The position numbers and the translations under genes are program-made. Below are positions 22,543 through 33,839 of a stretch of 64,000 bases of DNA, in pieces. The notes under the pieces are model-generated. The model saw only the letters and a program-made list of their open reading frames with translations, was not told where the DNA came from and did no database searches. Each line of letters begins with the position of its first letter. Position 1 is the stretch's first letter. The stretch is from NCBI GenBank assembly GCA_039586795.1, contig JBDHJS010000008.1, forward strand, positions 1 to 64,000. Reading direction: 5' to 3'. Source of the DNA: Gemmatimonadota bacterium. Its GTDB lineage: Bacteria; Gemmatimonadota; Gemmatimonadetes; Palauibacterales; KS3-K002.

Positions 22543-23715
22543 TCAGGAAGACGCTTCGCGGTCGTCGTCCCAATCGGGAGTCCAGGTCATCGACCCCGTC
22601 GCTTCACTTGAATGATCGGGGTCGGGCTCTACCTCGTCTATCAGTTCGATCAGCGCATCGACGATCTCCGCTTCCGGCACCTTACGGGCGACCTCTCCCC
22701 GCACATAAAGCAGTCCCTCTCCCTTACCCCCGGCGATACCGATATCCGCCTCGCGCGCTTCACCGGGACCATTCACGGCGCAGCCCATGACCGCCACCGT
22801 GAGCGGCTTACGAATGTCACGCGTTCGTTCCTCGACCTCTTCAGCCAGCTTGATCAGATCGACCTGCAGGCGACCGCAGCCGGGGCAAGCGACGATGCGG
22901 ATGCTCTCGCGTCTCAGGTCCAGCGATTCGAGAATCGTGCGGGCGGCGTGCACTTCTTCTACCGGGTCGGCGGAAAGCGACACGCGGAGCGTATCGCCGA
23001 TCCCTTCGGCGAGCAACGTGCCGATACCGATCGCCGACTTTATGTTGCCGGCGCGCGGCGTGCCGGCTTCGGTCACGCCGAGATGCAGCGGGTAGTCGAA
23101 GTTCTGCGCTGCGAGACGGTACGCGTCGATCATCAGGGGAACGTGCGATGCTTTCAACGAGATGACGATGTCGTGGAAGTTCTGATCTTCCAGCACGCGC
23201 ACGTGGCGTCTCGCGCTCTCGACCATCGCTTCGGCGGTAGGCTTTCCGAACTCAGCCAGCAGGTCGCGCTCGAGCGACCCGGCGTTGACACCGATGCGAA
23301 TCGGCAGGCCACGCTCACGGGCGGCGTCGACCACAGCTCGCACGCGCTCCGCGCCACCGATGTTCCCGGGGTTCAGTCTCAACTTTGCCACGCCGGCCTC
23401 GGCAGCCTTGATGGCCAGCTGGTAGTTGAAGTGGATGTCGGCGACCAGCGGGACCGGCGAGTTCTTGACCAACTCAGGCAGACAATCGGCTGCCGCTTCG
23501 TTGGGCACGGCCGTTCGAACGATGTCGACGCCGGCGTCGGCCAGTCGCTGGATCTCCTCGATGGAGCCTTTCACATCGACGGGACTGGTCAACGTCATCG
23601 ATTGTATCGAGATGGGCGCGCCGCCGCCGACGGGTATATCTCCAATCGTTACGCGGCGGGTGCCGAGGCGGTGCTCTATCCGAGCGTCTGTCGCTGCTTG
23701 CTTCATATATGCCAT
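22543..23715 (-). CDS. ispG: (E)-4-hydroxy-3-methylbut-2-enyl-diphosphate synthase
   Basis: IQSMT, ADIHF, RLNPGN, GVNAGSL, HLGVTEAG, CPGCGR, GCAVNGPGE. Confidence 0.97.
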   Translation of the reverse strand: MAYMKQAATDARIEHRLGTRRVTIGDIPVGGGAPISIQSMTLTSPVDVKGSIEEIQRLADAGVDIVRTAVPNEAAADCLPELVKNSPVPLVADIHFNYQLAIKAAEAGVAKLRLNPGNIGGAERVRAVVDAARERGLPIRIGVNAGSLERDLLAEFGKPTAEAMVESARRHVRVLEDQNFHDIVISLKASHVPLMIDAYRLAAQNFDYPLHLGVTEAGTPRAGNIKSAIGIGTLLAEGIGDTLRVSLSADPVEEVHAARTILESLDLRRESIRIVACPGCGRLQVDLIKLAEEVEERTRDIRKPLTVAVMGCAVNGPGEAREADIGIAGGKGEGLLYVRGEVARKVPEAEIVDALIELIDEVEPDPDHSSEATGSMTWTPDWDDDREASS

Positions 23716-23738
23716 CAATTTCGCTGAGGAATCTGAAT

Positions 23739-25037
23739 CTACGCGCCCTCTACGGCTTTAGCGAGCGCGGTATCGACGACGTCGAGCGTCGCGTCAATGT
23801 CTCCATCGCTATGCGCAATGGAGAAGAAACCCGCTTCGAACGGCGACGGCGCGAAGAAGATGCCACCATCGAGACACGCGCCATAGTATCGCCCGAAGAA
23901 ATCGCGGTCTACGGCGGCAGCCTGCTCGAAGTTGCGGACCGGTCCCGGCACGAAAAAGACCCCAAACATCGAGCCTATGGCCGAACCACTAGCGGGCACT
24001 CCGTGACGACCCGCCGCCTCGATAATCCCTTCGACGAGTCGAGACGCCTTGGTTTCCAGATCGCCGTATGGGGTTTCGCGCTCGAGAACCGCCAACTGAG
24101 CAAGACCGGCGGCCATGGCCACGGGATTCCCGGAGAGCGTTCCGGCCTGATAAACATCGCCCTCCGGCGCGATCCGGGACATGATCTCGCGCTTGCCGCC
24201 GTACGCACCCACCGGGAATCCAGCTCCGATCACCTTGCCAAGGGTCGTCAGGTCCGGGTCGATGGCGTAGCGCTGCTGGGCACCGCCCAGCGCAACGCGG
24301 AAGCCCGTCATCACCTCATCGAAGATCAACAAGGCACCGCAACGACGCGTCACCTCGCGCAAGAATTCGTGGTACCCCGGCTCGGGGAGAATCAGCCCCG
24401 AGTTGCCGACGACCGGCTCGACGATAACGGCGGCCAGTTGATCACCGAAGTTGGACACGACCTCCTCGACGGCGCCTCGGTCGTTGAATGGCACGGTGAT
24501 CGTTAGCTCGCTGGTCGCACCGGGCACACCTGGCGTGGTTGGTATGCCAAGCGTAGCCAGGCCGGAGCCAGCTTTGGCGAGAAAGCTGTCACCGTGGCCG
24601 TGGTAGCATCCCTCAAACTTCAGGATGTAGTCCCGTCCGGTGAACGCGCGGGCCAGCCGCACGGCGGACATCGTCGCCTCGGTGCCACTGCTCACGAATC
24701 GCACGACCTCAACGGAAGGCACGACCTCGACGACCTTCTCGGCCAACTCGACTTCCTCGGGCGTCGGCGTACCGTAGTGCGTGCCCTTACGGGCCGCTCG
24801 CTCGACGGCCTCGCTGACCTCAGGGTGCGCGTGACCGAGGATTAGCGGGCCCCACGACAAGACGTAGTCGATATACTCTGTACCATCTACGTCGGTCAGC
24901 CGGGATCCGTTGCCGCTTGCCGTAAAGAACGGCTCACCACCCACGGCGCCGAAGGCTCGCACCGGCGAACTAACTCCGCCCGGCGTAACCTGCCGTGCGC
25001 GATTGAAAAGTTCCTGAGAACGCTTTCCGGACTTCAT
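23739..25037 (-). CDS. hemL: Glutamate-1-semialdehyde 2,1-aminomutase
   Basis: PGGVSSPVRAF, SGTEATM, FEGCYHG, DEVMTGFR, GKVIG, YQAGTLSGNP; ATGA overlap with rimO. Confidence 0.96.
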   Translation of the reverse strand: MKSGKRSQELFNRARQVTPGGVSSPVRAFGAVGGEPFFTASGNGSRLTDVDGTEYIDYVLSWGPLILGHAHPEVSEAVERAARKGTHYGTPTPEEVELAEKVVEVVPSVEVVRFVSSGTEATMSAVRLARAFTGRDYILKFEGCYHGHGDSFLAKAGSGLATLGIPTTPGVPGATSELTITVPFNDRGAVEEVVSNFGDQLAAVIVEPVVGNSGLILPEPGYHEFLREVTRRCGALLIFDEVMTGFRVALGGAQQRYAIDPDLTTLGKVIGAGFPVGAYGGKREIMSRIAPEGDVYQAGTLSGNPVAMAAGLAQLAVLERETPYGDLETKASRLVEGIIEAAGRHGVPASGSAIGSMFGVFFVPGPVRNFEQAAAVDRDFFGRYYGACLDGGIFFAPSPFEAGFFSIAHSDGDIDATLDVVDTALAKAVEGA

Positions 25038-26404
25038 CTGCCCCATGCGGTTTGAAGGTCTAAGACGGCCGATTCGGTGTGAGCGGTCGGCTGCCGCGAC
25101 GGTTGAAGTTGTCCCTCGGCGGCAGCCCAAAGATCCGCATCATCGGCACCGTCTACTCTTGCCTGAACCAGGTCACCCGGTTCAAGCGGAGTTTCGGACG
25201 AAAGATATACCAGACCATCGATTTCGTAGGCCTGACTCCGTAGCCGGGCCTCTATCTGATCCCCTGTGCGGTCGACCAGCACCTGTACCTGCTTGCCGAT
25301 GTACGACTGGTTGTTGGCCGCCACGATGGAACGCTGCATCTCCTCGATCAAGGACAGCCGTTCCGCCTTGACCGAATCGGGGATCGTATCGGGCATCTCG
25401 GCGCCTGGCGTTCCTTTCTGAGGTGAATAGGCGAACGCCCCCAAGTGATCGAATCGCATCTCGCCGATGAACTCGAGCAACGCTTCAAAGTCTTCCTCGG
25501 TTTCTCCGGGAAAGCCGACAAGAACCGTGGTGCGGAGGGCGAGATCTGGGATCTCGGAGCGCAGCCAGGTAATCTTCTCCCGCAATCGATCGGGACGCTC
25601 CGGCCGCCGCATCGCTTCCAGCATGCGCCGGGAGGCGTGCTGGATAGGCATGTCTATGTAGGACAGCAGCCGATCCTCACGAGCCATCAACTCCACCAGG
25701 TCCGGTCGTAGGCCGGCCGAGTAGATGTAGAGCAGCCGGAACCAGGGGATGTCGGTCGCTTCGAGGAGCCGGGAGACCAGTCGGTGCAGGCCCGCACCGC
25801 CCTCCAGATCACGGCCATAGTGAGCGAGGTCTTGAGCGACAAGGTTGAGCTCAACCACGCCTCGTGCATCCAGGGCTCGCGCCTCCTCGACCAGGGCATC
25901 GGGCGCGAAGGACCGGTGGCGGCCGCGCCACAACGGGATCGCGCAAAACGCGCATTTGTGATCACACCCTTCGCTCACCTTCATATAAGAGACATGGCGG
26001 AGGCCGCCCGTGGGAAGGCGCGAGCCCGGGTGAGTGTGCACTCTCTTGTCGAGCAAGCCGCGAACGACGAGCTGCGGCACCAGATCGGGCAGATCCTGGA
26101 GACCAAGGAAGAGATCGACCTCGGGCAGCGTATCCTGCAATTCCTGGCGGTAACGCTCGACCATACAGCCAACGGCGACGAGCGTCCGCAAGGGACCCGA
26201 ATCCTTCAGGCGAGCCGCTTCTAGCAACGTATCGATCGACTCTTCCTTCGCCGCATCGATGAAGGCGCACGTGTTGACGAGCAGCAGCTCTGCCTCGGAT
26301 GGATCAGGGGTATAGTCCGCCCCGTGGCTTACCAGCGAAGCCACCATGCGCTCAGAGTCGACGGTGTTCTTGTCGCAACCGAGCGTGATGACAGAGAATC
26401 TCAC
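25034..26404 (-). CDS. rimO: Ribosomal protein S12 methylthiotransferase
   Basis: LGCDKNTVDSE, NTCAFI, CDHKCAFC, EIDG TRAM region. Confidence 0.93.
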   Translation of the reverse strand: MRFSVITLGCDKNTVDSERMVASLVSHGADYTPDPSEAELLLVNTCAFIDAAKEESIDTLLEAARLKDSGPLRTLVAVGCMVERYRQELQDTLPEVDLFLGLQDLPDLVPQLVVRGLLDKRVHTHPGSRLPTGGLRHVSYMKVSEGCDHKCAFCAIPLWRGRHRSFAPDALVEEARALDARGVVELNLVAQDLAHYGRDLEGGAGLHRLVSRLLEATDIPWFRLLYIYSAGLRPDLVELMAREDRLLSYIDMPIQHASRRMLEAMRRPERPDRLREKITWLRSEIPDLALRTTVLVGFPGETEEDFEALLEFIGEMRFDHLGAFAYSPQKGTPGAEMPDTIPDSVKAERLSLIEEMQRSIVAANNQSYIGKQVQVLVDRTGDQIEARLRSQAYEIDGLVYLSSETPLEPGDLVQARVDGADDADLWAAAEGQLQPSRQPTAHTESAVLDLQTAWGR

Positions 26405-27051
26405 CGGGTGTACACCTCGACACCGGGCGGTGGAGTGAATGCGAATAGCTCGTTGGGAAGGTCGATACCGGCCTCGACGTTGCGCAGCGTCAGCACGCGA
26501 ACCGTCTCGTTCTCCTCATGAACTTCGAATTTGCGTACGAGGAAGTCCTGTGCGTCGATCCAGACGCGAACCAACGTGTAGGGTGCGTCGAATTTCGGGA
26601 CGAGCGAGAGAAGATAGGCGGGACGGTCACCAACGTTCTCTTCCTTTACGTACGTTGCCACGTAGCGTTCGCTCGGGTTGATCACGAAGCTCTGGCCGAG
26701 CGTGGCGCGCTCGCCGCTCTGGTCGATGGGCGTCCGGATCACCTGGTCGGGCTGTGCGCTGGGATAGTACATCCAGAACCACTCTCCGTCGGCAACAACC
26801 ACGTCGCCCGTCGGATCTTCGAACTTCATCAGGAAGTAGTTCGGTTTCTTCTGGTAAACGACGCCGCGCCCTTCCTTCTCGGTCTCGAGAGCCGGGATCG
26901 TGATCTTCTGCACAAAGTCCGACTTCAGCGTCGCAACACGCTCGTAAGCCGACGCAGCTTCATCGAGTATTTCAATCGCTCGGGCCTGGTCCTGTAGGCC
27001 CTGCAGCGTAACCAGCATCAAGATCGTCAGCACGTTCGTCATCGTACCCAT
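26401..27051 (-). CDS. lolA: Outer-membrane lipoprotein carrier protein LolA
   Basis: FVQ, KPNYF, VADGEWFWMY, FAFTPPPGV; downstream of ftsK. Confidence 0.88.
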   Translation of the reverse strand: MGTMTNVLTILMLVTLQGLQDQARAIEILDEAASAYERVATLKSDFVQKITIPALETEKEGRGVVYQKKPNYFLMKFEDPTGDVVVADGEWFWMYYPSAQPDQVIRTPIDQSGERATLGQSFVINPSERYVATYVKEENVGDRPAYLLSLVPKFDAPYTLVRVWIDAQDFLVRKFEVHEENETVRVLTLRNVEAGIDLPNELFAFTPPPGVEVYTR

Positions 27052-27057
27052 CCCGGT

Positions 27058-29412
27058 CTAGCCGCCTCCGGCGGAGCATATTCTCTCTAGTTCTTCAAGT
27101 GTAACCAATACTTCTCTAGGTTTCGACCCCTCAGACGGCCCAACGATCCCTGCCTGCTCCAATTGATCGACGATCCTCGCCGCCCGGCCATATCCGATCT
27201 TCAGGCGACGCTGCAGGAGGCTGGTCGAGCCCTGCTGGTGTTGGATGACGACTTCGCCGGCGCGTCGGAATAGAGCATCGCGGTCCCCGATGTCTTCGCC
27301 ATCGCCTTCGAGCTCGGCCTCTTCCAGCTCGCGCACGGATTCGAGGATGTCTTCCTCCTCTTTCTCTTCGCGCGCCTCCTCGCGCAACCGATACCACTCC
27401 ATGAGTCGTTCGGTGTCGTCGGTGGAGACGAACGTCCCCTGGATGCGGACCGGCTCAGATTGGCCGGGCGGCATGAACAGCATGTCGCCATTGCCAAGCA
27501 GAGTCTCCGCGCCGTTCTGATCGATGATCGTCCGGCTGTCCACCTTGGAGGCGACGCGGAACGCGATGCGGCACGGGAAGTTCGCCTTGATCAGCCCCGT
27601 GATGACGTTGACGGAGGGCCGCTGCGTAGCGACGACGAGGTGGATCCCTGTGGCTCGAGCTTTCTGCGCAAGGTAGGCGAGAGGCCGCTCGACTTCGTTC
27701 TGTACGGTCATCATCAGGTCGGCCAGCTCGTCAACGAACAGGACTATGTAGGGGAGCACCTCAGGATCATCGACGACTTCCCCACCCTGCGACGCCGGCG
27801 CCTTAATCGGGATCCCACGGGCGATGCGGCGATTGTACTCTCGCAGGTTTCTCGAATAGTTGACGGAGAGGATCTCGTAGCGGCGTTCCATCTCGTAGAC
27901 CAGCCACTTGAGCACAGTCGCCGCATCCCGATTATCGGTGACGACCGGGTGCCGGAGGTGCGGCAGCACGTTGTAGCCACCCAATTCGACCATCTTGGGA
28001 TCGATGAGCAGCAGCCGAAGCTGCTCCGGTGTGTAGCGATAGATCAGGCTGGAGATGATGGCGTTGATGCACACCGACTTACCCGACCCGGTCACGCCGG
28101 CGATCAGCAAATGAGGCATCTTCGCCAGGTCGGCGATATCGTGGCGACCCGTGACGTCCTCGCCAAGGGCGAGCGGCAGTTCTGCCTTGCTGGACCCGTA
28201 GGCATCCGATTCCAAGATCTCGCGCAGATAGACGATCTTGCGTTCGGGATTCGGAACTTCCACGCCGACGGCACCCTTCCCTGGAATGGGCGCGATGATG
28301 CGAATGGAGGGTGCTTTGAGCCCCAGGGCGAGGTCGTCTGCCAGTCCGGCGATTTTCCCGACCTTCACACCGGAGGCCGGGACGACCTCGAACTGTGTGA
28401 CGACGGGGCCGGTCGTACGACCTGCGATCGTACCCTCTACCTTGAAGGTGGCGAGGGTGTCGACGAGCGTCTGGCCAAGCTCGTCGAGCATCTGGGTGCT
28501 GACTTTGTAGGTCTGAACCGGGGGTCGTGACAGGAGATCGATGGGCGGCAGTTCTTCGTCCGCGCTGATGCTGGTATCTCCGAACAAGTCCGGCTGAGCC
28601 TCGGCCTTCTTGGCCTTCTTCTTTGCGGGTTTCTTCTCCTCCCACTTCGAAACGGCGGGCATCGTCCGCGGCACTTCTTCATCATCGCCTTCGTCTTCGG
28701 GCTCGCTCTCGCCCCCACGCCCCGCACCGAGGCCGGAGAGGAATCTCCGCTTCGGTGCGCGCGCCAACCGCTGACTCAACCACTCCCAGCCTCTTGCCAG
28801 GCTCTCCTTCAGCTCGCCCAGCTCTTTTGCCGCTCTGCTCCCTGCTCCTTTGAGCGCACGCCAGGCCGCTTCGGCGCCATGCCAGAAGATCACAGCTCCG
28901 CTTGCGATGGCCTGGAAAGGCCCCATTCCGAGCAACAGGATGATGACGTAAACGAGCAGCACGGTCAGAACCAGGGCAGCGCCGACCCACGATAGAATGG
29001 ACTCGAGAATGCCGCCGGCCCATGCTCCGTAGCCGCCGACCAACCAGACGGGTGCGCCGCCAGCTGGATAGGCGAAAGAGGCGAGCAGTGGTGGAACGAT
29101 GATGAGGATGACGGCGAAGAAGATCGTCCAGCGAGCGGTCTCGGAGCGTTCGATGCGGTCGAGGCTCCAGAATCCCCAGAGCAGCGGGAAGAACGGCGTC
29201 ACTGCGGCGGCGATACCGAACGATCCAACTATGGCACGGCGGACCGCGGCGCCGACTTCACCGACGAGGTTACCCGAGGAGAACGTATCGCGCAGGCCCT
29301 CACCGATCAGTTCGACCGGCAACAGGCTGAGGAATGTGAAGAAGCCTATCGCGATCAGGCCAACGCCGATCAGGATGTTCTGCGTTCGGTCATCTGCCCC
29401 GCCACCCATCAC
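27058..29412 (-). CDS. ftsK: DNA translocase FtsK
   Basis: N-terminal TMs, HLLIAGVTGSGKS, DELADLM, ATQRPS, gamma domain SLLQRRLKIGYGRA. Confidence 0.96.
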   Translation of the reverse strand: MMGGGADDRTQNILIGVGLIAIGFFTFLSLLPVELIGEGLRDTFSSGNLVGEVGAAVRRAIVGSFGIAAAVTPFFPLLWGFWSLDRIERSETARWTIFFAVILIIVPPLLASFAYPAGGAPVWLVGGYGAWAGGILESILSWVGAALVLTVLLVYVIILLLGMGPFQAIASGAVIFWHGAEAAWRALKGAGSRAAKELGELKESLARGWEWLSQRLARAPKRRFLSGLGAGRGGESEPEDEGDDEEVPRTMPAVSKWEEKKPAKKKAKKAEAQPDLFGDTSISADEELPPIDLLSRPPVQTYKVSTQMLDELGQTLVDTLATFKVEGTIAGRTTGPVVTQFEVVPASGVKVGKIAGLADDLALGLKAPSIRIIAPIPGKGAVGVEVPNPERKIVYLREILESDAYGSSKAELPLALGEDVTGRHDIADLAKMPHLLIAGVTGSGKSVCINAIISSLIYRYTPEQLRLLLIDPKMVELGGYNVLPHLRHPVVTDNRDAATVLKWLVYEMERRYEILSVNYSRNLREYNRRIARGIPIKAPASQGGEVVDDPEVLPYIVLFVDELADLMMTVQNEVERPLAYLAQKARATGIHLVVATQRPSVNVITGLIKANFPCRIAFRVASKVDSRTIIDQNGAETLLGNGDMLFMPPGQSEPVRIQGTFVSTDDTERLMEWYRLREEAREEKEEEDILESVRELEEAELEGDGEDIGDRDALFRRAGEVVIQHQQGSTSLLQRRLKIGYGRAARIVDQLEQAGIVGPSEGSKPREVLVTLEELERICSAGGG

Positions 29413-29467
29413 CCATCTCCTTGCCGGGAATTCTCGAATCGACTTCGGGGAATCCCCGGCACTACCA

Positions 29468-30205
29468 TCACTTATACTTGACTATCTGACGATCCCGCAG
29501 CACCGGAACCACGGGAACCGAATCTACCTTCGCACACAGTTCGATGTCGCTGCTCTGTCCGATCGAGGCGAGCGAACGGCCGCCCGCGGTGTTTCCCAGC
29601 AAATGGGCGTCGACCGGCGACAGCTCCATCGCCAGCGCATGGGCGGCGGCGGCACCGTCTAGCAGCTCCGGTTCCGGCAGCTTGGCCTGCCGCGTGTTCT
29701 CGATAACAGCATTGACGAGGAGCCCAGCGCACAAGGCATCCTCCACGCTGACGCGGCCACGGCGGCCAGCGCATATCACGAGCGGATCGCTGCTGGACTC
29801 GCTCAAACGACTACCCAGCGCGGTCAAGTTCACCAGGGCACCAACGTACACGACACCAGCCGCGGAGAGCTGCGCGATCGTGTGGGTGCCGTTCGTCGTG
29901 CTCATCACCAGCGTGCGGTCGCCGACGACTGGTGGTGTGAAGTCTGCCGGTGAGTTACCGAAATCGAATCCCTCGATCTGTTCGCCGCCTTGCTCGCCGC
30001 ACAGGATCACGTTCTCGCGGCCGATTGACTGGGCGATGCGGATCGCCTTTTCGGTGGAGTCTGCGGGCACGACCGCCTTCGCGCCGTTCTGGATGGCGGT
30101 TGCGATCGTCGTACCTGAACGAAGCACATCGATGACCACGACGGTGCGGTCCTGAATCTGCACCTGCTCGATCTCAGATGGCGTCCAGAGTACGTCGATG
30201 TTCAT
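29468..30205 (-). CDS. comB: 2-phosphosulfolactate phosphatase family protein
   Basis: [30 protein letters not shown]. Confidence 0.88.
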   Translation of the reverse strand: MNIDVLWTPSEIEQVQIQDRTVVVIDVLRSGTTIATAIQNGAKAVVPADSTEKAIRIAQSIGRENVILCGEQGGEQIEGFDFGNSPADFTPPVVGDRTLVMSTTNGTHTIAQLSAAGVVYVGALVNLTALGSRLSESSSDPLVICAGRRGRVSVEDALCAGLLVNAVIENTRQAKLPEPELLDGAAAAHALAMELSPVDAHLLGNTAGGRSLASIGQSSDIELCAKVDSVPVVPVLRDRQIVKYK

Positions 30206-31566
30206 GGTGCAGTGACCGGCTCCAGGTCTGGCGCTCGGTATCGTTCCAGAAAGTGAGTGTCGATCTGGCCCGCACGGAATTCGGGGTGATCGAGCACAGT
30301 GGCCAGAAACGGGATCGTTGTGTGCACACCCTCGATGACAAACATGTCGAGGGCGAGCCGCGCGCGTTCGATCGCCTCCTCGCGGGTCGCGGCACGAACG
30401 ATGAGTTTGGCAATCAAGGAGTCATAGTATGGCGGCACCTGATATCCTGCGTACAGGTGTGTATCGACGCGAACTCCGGGGCCGCCGGGCGGATGGAATG
30501 TAGTGATCGTGCCCGGCGAAGGGCGAAAGTCGTTGGCCGGGTCCTCGGCATTTATGCGACACTCGATGGCATGGCAGAGCAGCTTCACGTCGTCTGGAAT
30601 CGACAGCGGCTCGCCGGCGGCAACAGCGATTTGCTCTTTGACCAGGTCGTATCCCGTCGCCTCTTCGGTTACCGGGTGCTCGACCTGGATGCGGGTGTTC
30701 ATCTCTAGGAAGTAGAACTGGCCATCACGGGCCAGCAGGAATTCCATCGTGCCGGCCCCGACGTAGCCGATGGCTTCGACGCCGCGCACGGCGGCCTCGC
30801 CCATCGCATTTCTCAGCTCCGGCGTCACCGCCGGGCTGGGTGATTCCTCGATCAGTTTCTGGTGACGCCGCTGGACAGAGCAGTCGCGCTCGTTCAGGTG
30901 AACGCCCTTGCCCTGGCGATCGCCGACGACCTGTATCTCTATGTGGCGCACGTTCTCAAGCAATTTCTCGATATACAGCGCGCCGTTACCGAACGCAGCT
31001 TGGGCCTCGATGCCCGCCATCTTGAAAAGTTTGTCGAATTCGTCGGCCGAGCGGGCGATACGCATCCCCTTGCCGCCGCCACCGGCGGAAGCTTTGATCA
31101 TGACCGGGAAGCCGATCTCCGCAGCCGCCTTTCGAGCCTTCCCGACATCTGCGATGGCATCTTCGGTACCGGGAATAACCGGTACGCCAGCGGCAGACAT
31201 GGTCCGCCGCGCCTCCACCTTGTCGCCCATCTTGCGGATCTGTGCCGCCGTGGGCCCGATGAAGGTGATGTTAGAACGTTCGCAGATCTCAGCGAACTCG
31301 GCGTTCTCGGCCAGGAACCCGTAACCGGGATGGATCGCATCGGCGCCTGTGATTTCGGCGGCGGCGATGATGCGCGGGATGTTCAGGTAGCTAGCCTCGG
31401 CGGGAGGCGGCCCGATGCAGATGTCCTCGTCGGCGAAGCGGACGTGCAGCGATTCGCGATCGGCCTCGGAGTGCACCGCGACCGTCGGGATATTCAGCTC
31501 CCTACAGGCGCGAATGACGCGGAGTGCGATTTCCCCGCGATTGGCGATCAGAACTTTCTGGAACAA
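30202..31566 (-). CDS. accC: Biotin carboxylase
   Basis: [40 protein letters not shown]. Confidence 0.97.
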   Translation of the reverse strand: MFQKVLIANRGEIALRVIRACRELNIPTVAVHSEADRESLHVRFADEDICIGPPPAEASYLNIPRIIAAAEITGADAIHPGYGFLAENAEFAEICERSNITFIGPTAAQIRKMGDKVEARRTMSAAGVPVIPGTEDAIADVGKARKAAAEIGFPVMIKASAGGGGKGMRIARSADEFDKLFKMAGIEAQAAFGNGALYIEKLLENVRHIEIQVVGDRQGKGVHLNERDCSVQRRHQKLIEESPSPAVTPELRNAMGEAAVRGVEAIGYVGAGTMEFLLARDGQFYFLEMNTRIQVEHPVTEEATGYDLVKEQIAVAAGEPLSIPDDVKLLCHAIECRINAEDPANDFRPSPGTITTFHPPGGPGVRVDTHLYAGYQVPPYYDSLIAKLIVRAATREEAIERARLALDMFVIEGVHTTIPFLATVLDHPEFRAGQIDTHFLERYRAPDLEPVTAP

Positions 31567-31609
31567 AGGCTGGATCCTCTGGCGCTATGCGACAGCGGCT
31601 AGGGCCCGA

Positions 31610-32104
31610 TCAATCAGGGGCGATTCGAAACAGCACTTGCCCGTACTCGACAGGCTCGGCGTTCTCGACGCAAATCTCTTTTATCGTGCCGCCGACCTCC
31701 GCCTCCAACTCGTTCATCAACTTCATTGCCTCGAGGATGCAGAGCGTCTGGCCCACACTCACACGGTCGCCGACCTGGACGTAGGGATCGGCGTCGGGCG
31801 CCGGAGCACGGTAGAATGTGCCGACCATCGGCGACTCGACCTCGGCCAGGTTCGACGCCGGCGCTGCCGCAGGCGTGGGCGGCGGCGCGGCGGCAGTCTC
31901 CTCCGCGACCGGAGCTGGTGGCGCCGGTACCGGCGCTGGCGCCGCATAGTACATCGGAGGCGGGCTGCTCGCGTTTCCGGCTCCTGCCACAGGCGGTGCC
32001 TTCGAGATGCGGATCTTGGTGCCCCAGCGAGACAACTCCAGCGTATCGATCTCGCTGTTCTCCACCGCCTCGATCAGACGCTTGACTAGATTCAGATTGA
32101 TCAT
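31610..32104 (-). CDS. accB: Biotin carboxyl carrier protein
   Basis: [15 protein letters not shown]; Pro/Ala linker. Confidence 0.97.
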   Translation of the reverse strand: MINLNLVKRLIEAVENSEIDTLELSRWGTKIRISKAPPVAGAGNASSPPPMYYAAPAPVPAPPAPVAEETAAAPPPTPAAAPASNLAEVESPMVGTFYRAPAPDADPYVQVGDRVSVGQTLCILEAMKLMNELEAEVGGTIKEICVENAEPVEYGQVLFRIAPD

Positions 32105-32667
32105 GAGCTGACGCGCTCCAAGTACTTGTTCTCGCGACGATCGACCTTGATTACATCGCCTATCTCGACGAACAGCGGAACCTGAACGATGGCACCGGTC
32201 TCGAGCTTGGCACGCTTGGTGCCGCCCTGCGCGGTGTCGCCGCGGACCCCGGGCTCTGTCTCGGCGACCTCGAGCTCGACGAAGAACGGCAGCTCAACTG
32301 AGAGCGGGTGATCGTCTCGGGTGAGAGCCTCGCACATCATGTTCTCTTTGAGGTAGACCAGCTGGTCGTCACCGATCGTATCGGCTGGTAACGGAATCTG
32401 TTCGAACGTCTCCTGGTCCATGAAGTAGTAGAACTGGCCATCAGTGTAGCTGAACTGAACCGGCTTCCTAACAAGGCGAATCTCCTCGACCTTCTCGCCG
32501 GCGCGAAAAGTCTTATCAATGACCGCCCCGGTCATCACGTTCTTGAGCTTCGTGCGGACGAAGGCTCCCCCCTTCCCCGGCTTCACATGCTGGAAGTAGG
32601 TGAGGGAGTAGAGTTCCCCGTCGATCTGCAAAACCATCCCGTTACGGAAATCTGCCGTCGATGCCAT
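32101..32667 (-). CDS. efp: Elongation factor P
   Basis: [23 protein letters not shown]. Confidence 0.97.
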   Translation of the reverse strand: MASTADFRNGMVLQIDGELYSLTYFQHVKPGKGGAFVRTKLKNVMTGAVIDKTFRAGEKVEEIRLVRKPVQFSYTDGQFYYFMDQETFEQIPLPADTIGDDQLVYLKENMMCEALTRDDHPLSVELPFFVELEVAETEPGVRGDTAQGGTKRAKLETGAIVQVPLFVEIGDVIKVDRRENKYLERVSS

Positions 32668-32729
32668 GCCAGTCCAAGTCCTATCACTCTATCTGAATTG
32701 CGGGCCCCGGTAAGATGGCCCAAAACCCC

Positions 32730-33839
32730 CTAAAGCGGCAGGGCCTGGAGCCGGTCCCTCTCCAGATCGACAAGCGACCGTGCCCCACGGTCGGTCACCA
32801 GCACGTCGTCCTCGATCCGGACCCCGCCCCAGCCAGGAAAGTAGAGGCCAGGCTCCACGGTTACAACCATTCCAGCCTGGACCGTCTCCGCGCCGTTGCG
32901 CCTCAGCGATGGGGCCTCGTGGACCTCCATTCCCAACCCATGCCCCGTGCTGTGCACGAAGTACTCACCGAGCCCCTCCGCCTCGAAGATCCCCCGCGCA
33001 GCGGCATCCACCTGGTCGGCCTCGCATCCCGGCCGCAAGGCGTCGCATGCGCTGGCCTGCGCCGCGAGGACAAGATCGTAGATCTGAATCTGCCTGGGTG
33101 TAGCTTCCCCGACGCAATAGGTTCGTGTGATGTCGGAGTTGTAGCCGCTCCAGCGGACGCCAAAGTCGACAAGCAGCAAGTCACCGTTGGCAAGTTGCCG
33201 CGAACCAGTCGAAGCGTGCGGCAGCGCGCTGCGGGGGCCACTGGCGACGATCGTCTCGAAGGCGGGGCGCTCCGCTCCCAAGCGGACCAAACGGTATTCG
33301 AGCTCGGCAGCGATGTCCGCTTCACGCATGCCGATCTCTACGACGGCTAGTGTCTCACGCAGGCCCTGTTCCGCTATGGCAGCAGCTCTTTCTATCGCGG
33401 CAACCTCACCGGGCTCCTTCACCGCCCGGAGCTCTTCCACGACTCCCGATACGGACTCCCATTTCACCGCCGACGCCTCTTCGCGGAGTCGCGCACAGTC
33501 GTCGTAAGGCAGGTAACGGCCTTCGAAGCCCAGCCCTGACCCACCGAACTCCAGCTGCGCTCGCTTCGCTAGCTCCGCCAGCAGCCCTTCTCGGGGAACC
33601 TGCACCTCGATGCCGACGTCGCCCGGGATCTCTTCCTCGACCTGCTGCTGATAGCGACCATCCGTAAAGAAGACGGCCTGCTCTTCACCCAAGAGAAGCC
33701 AGCCGTTTGATCCGCTGAAACCGGTGAGGTAACGCAGGTTCGGAAGACGAGAGACCAATAGCCCGCGAAGTCCGCGCTCGACGATCTTCTCGCGCACTTT
33801 GGAAAGCCGCCGAGCGGCTGTGTCTTCTGTCGTGCTCAT
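32730..33839 (-). CDS. Xaa-Pro aminopeptidase (M24B)
   Basis: YLTGFSGS, SDITRT, HSTGHGLG.EVHE, VEPGLY, GVRIEDD. Confidence 0.93.
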   Translation of the reverse strand: MSTTEDTAARRLSKVREKIVERGLRGLLVSRLPNLRYLTGFSGSNGWLLLGEEQAVFFTDGRYQQQVEEEIPGDVGIEVQVPREGLLAELAKRAQLEFGGSGLGFEGRYLPYDDCARLREEASAVKWESVSGVVEELRAVKEPGEVAAIERAAAIAEQGLRETLAVVEIGMREADIAAELEYRLVRLGAERPAFETIVASGPRSALPHASTGSRQLANGDLLLVDFGVRWSGYNSDITRTYCVGEATPRQIQIYDLVLAAQASACDALRPGCEADQVDAAARGIFEAEGLGEYFVHSTGHGLGMEVHEAPSLRRNGAETVQAGMVVTVEPGLYFPGWGGVRIEDDVLVTDRGARSLVDLERDRLQALPL

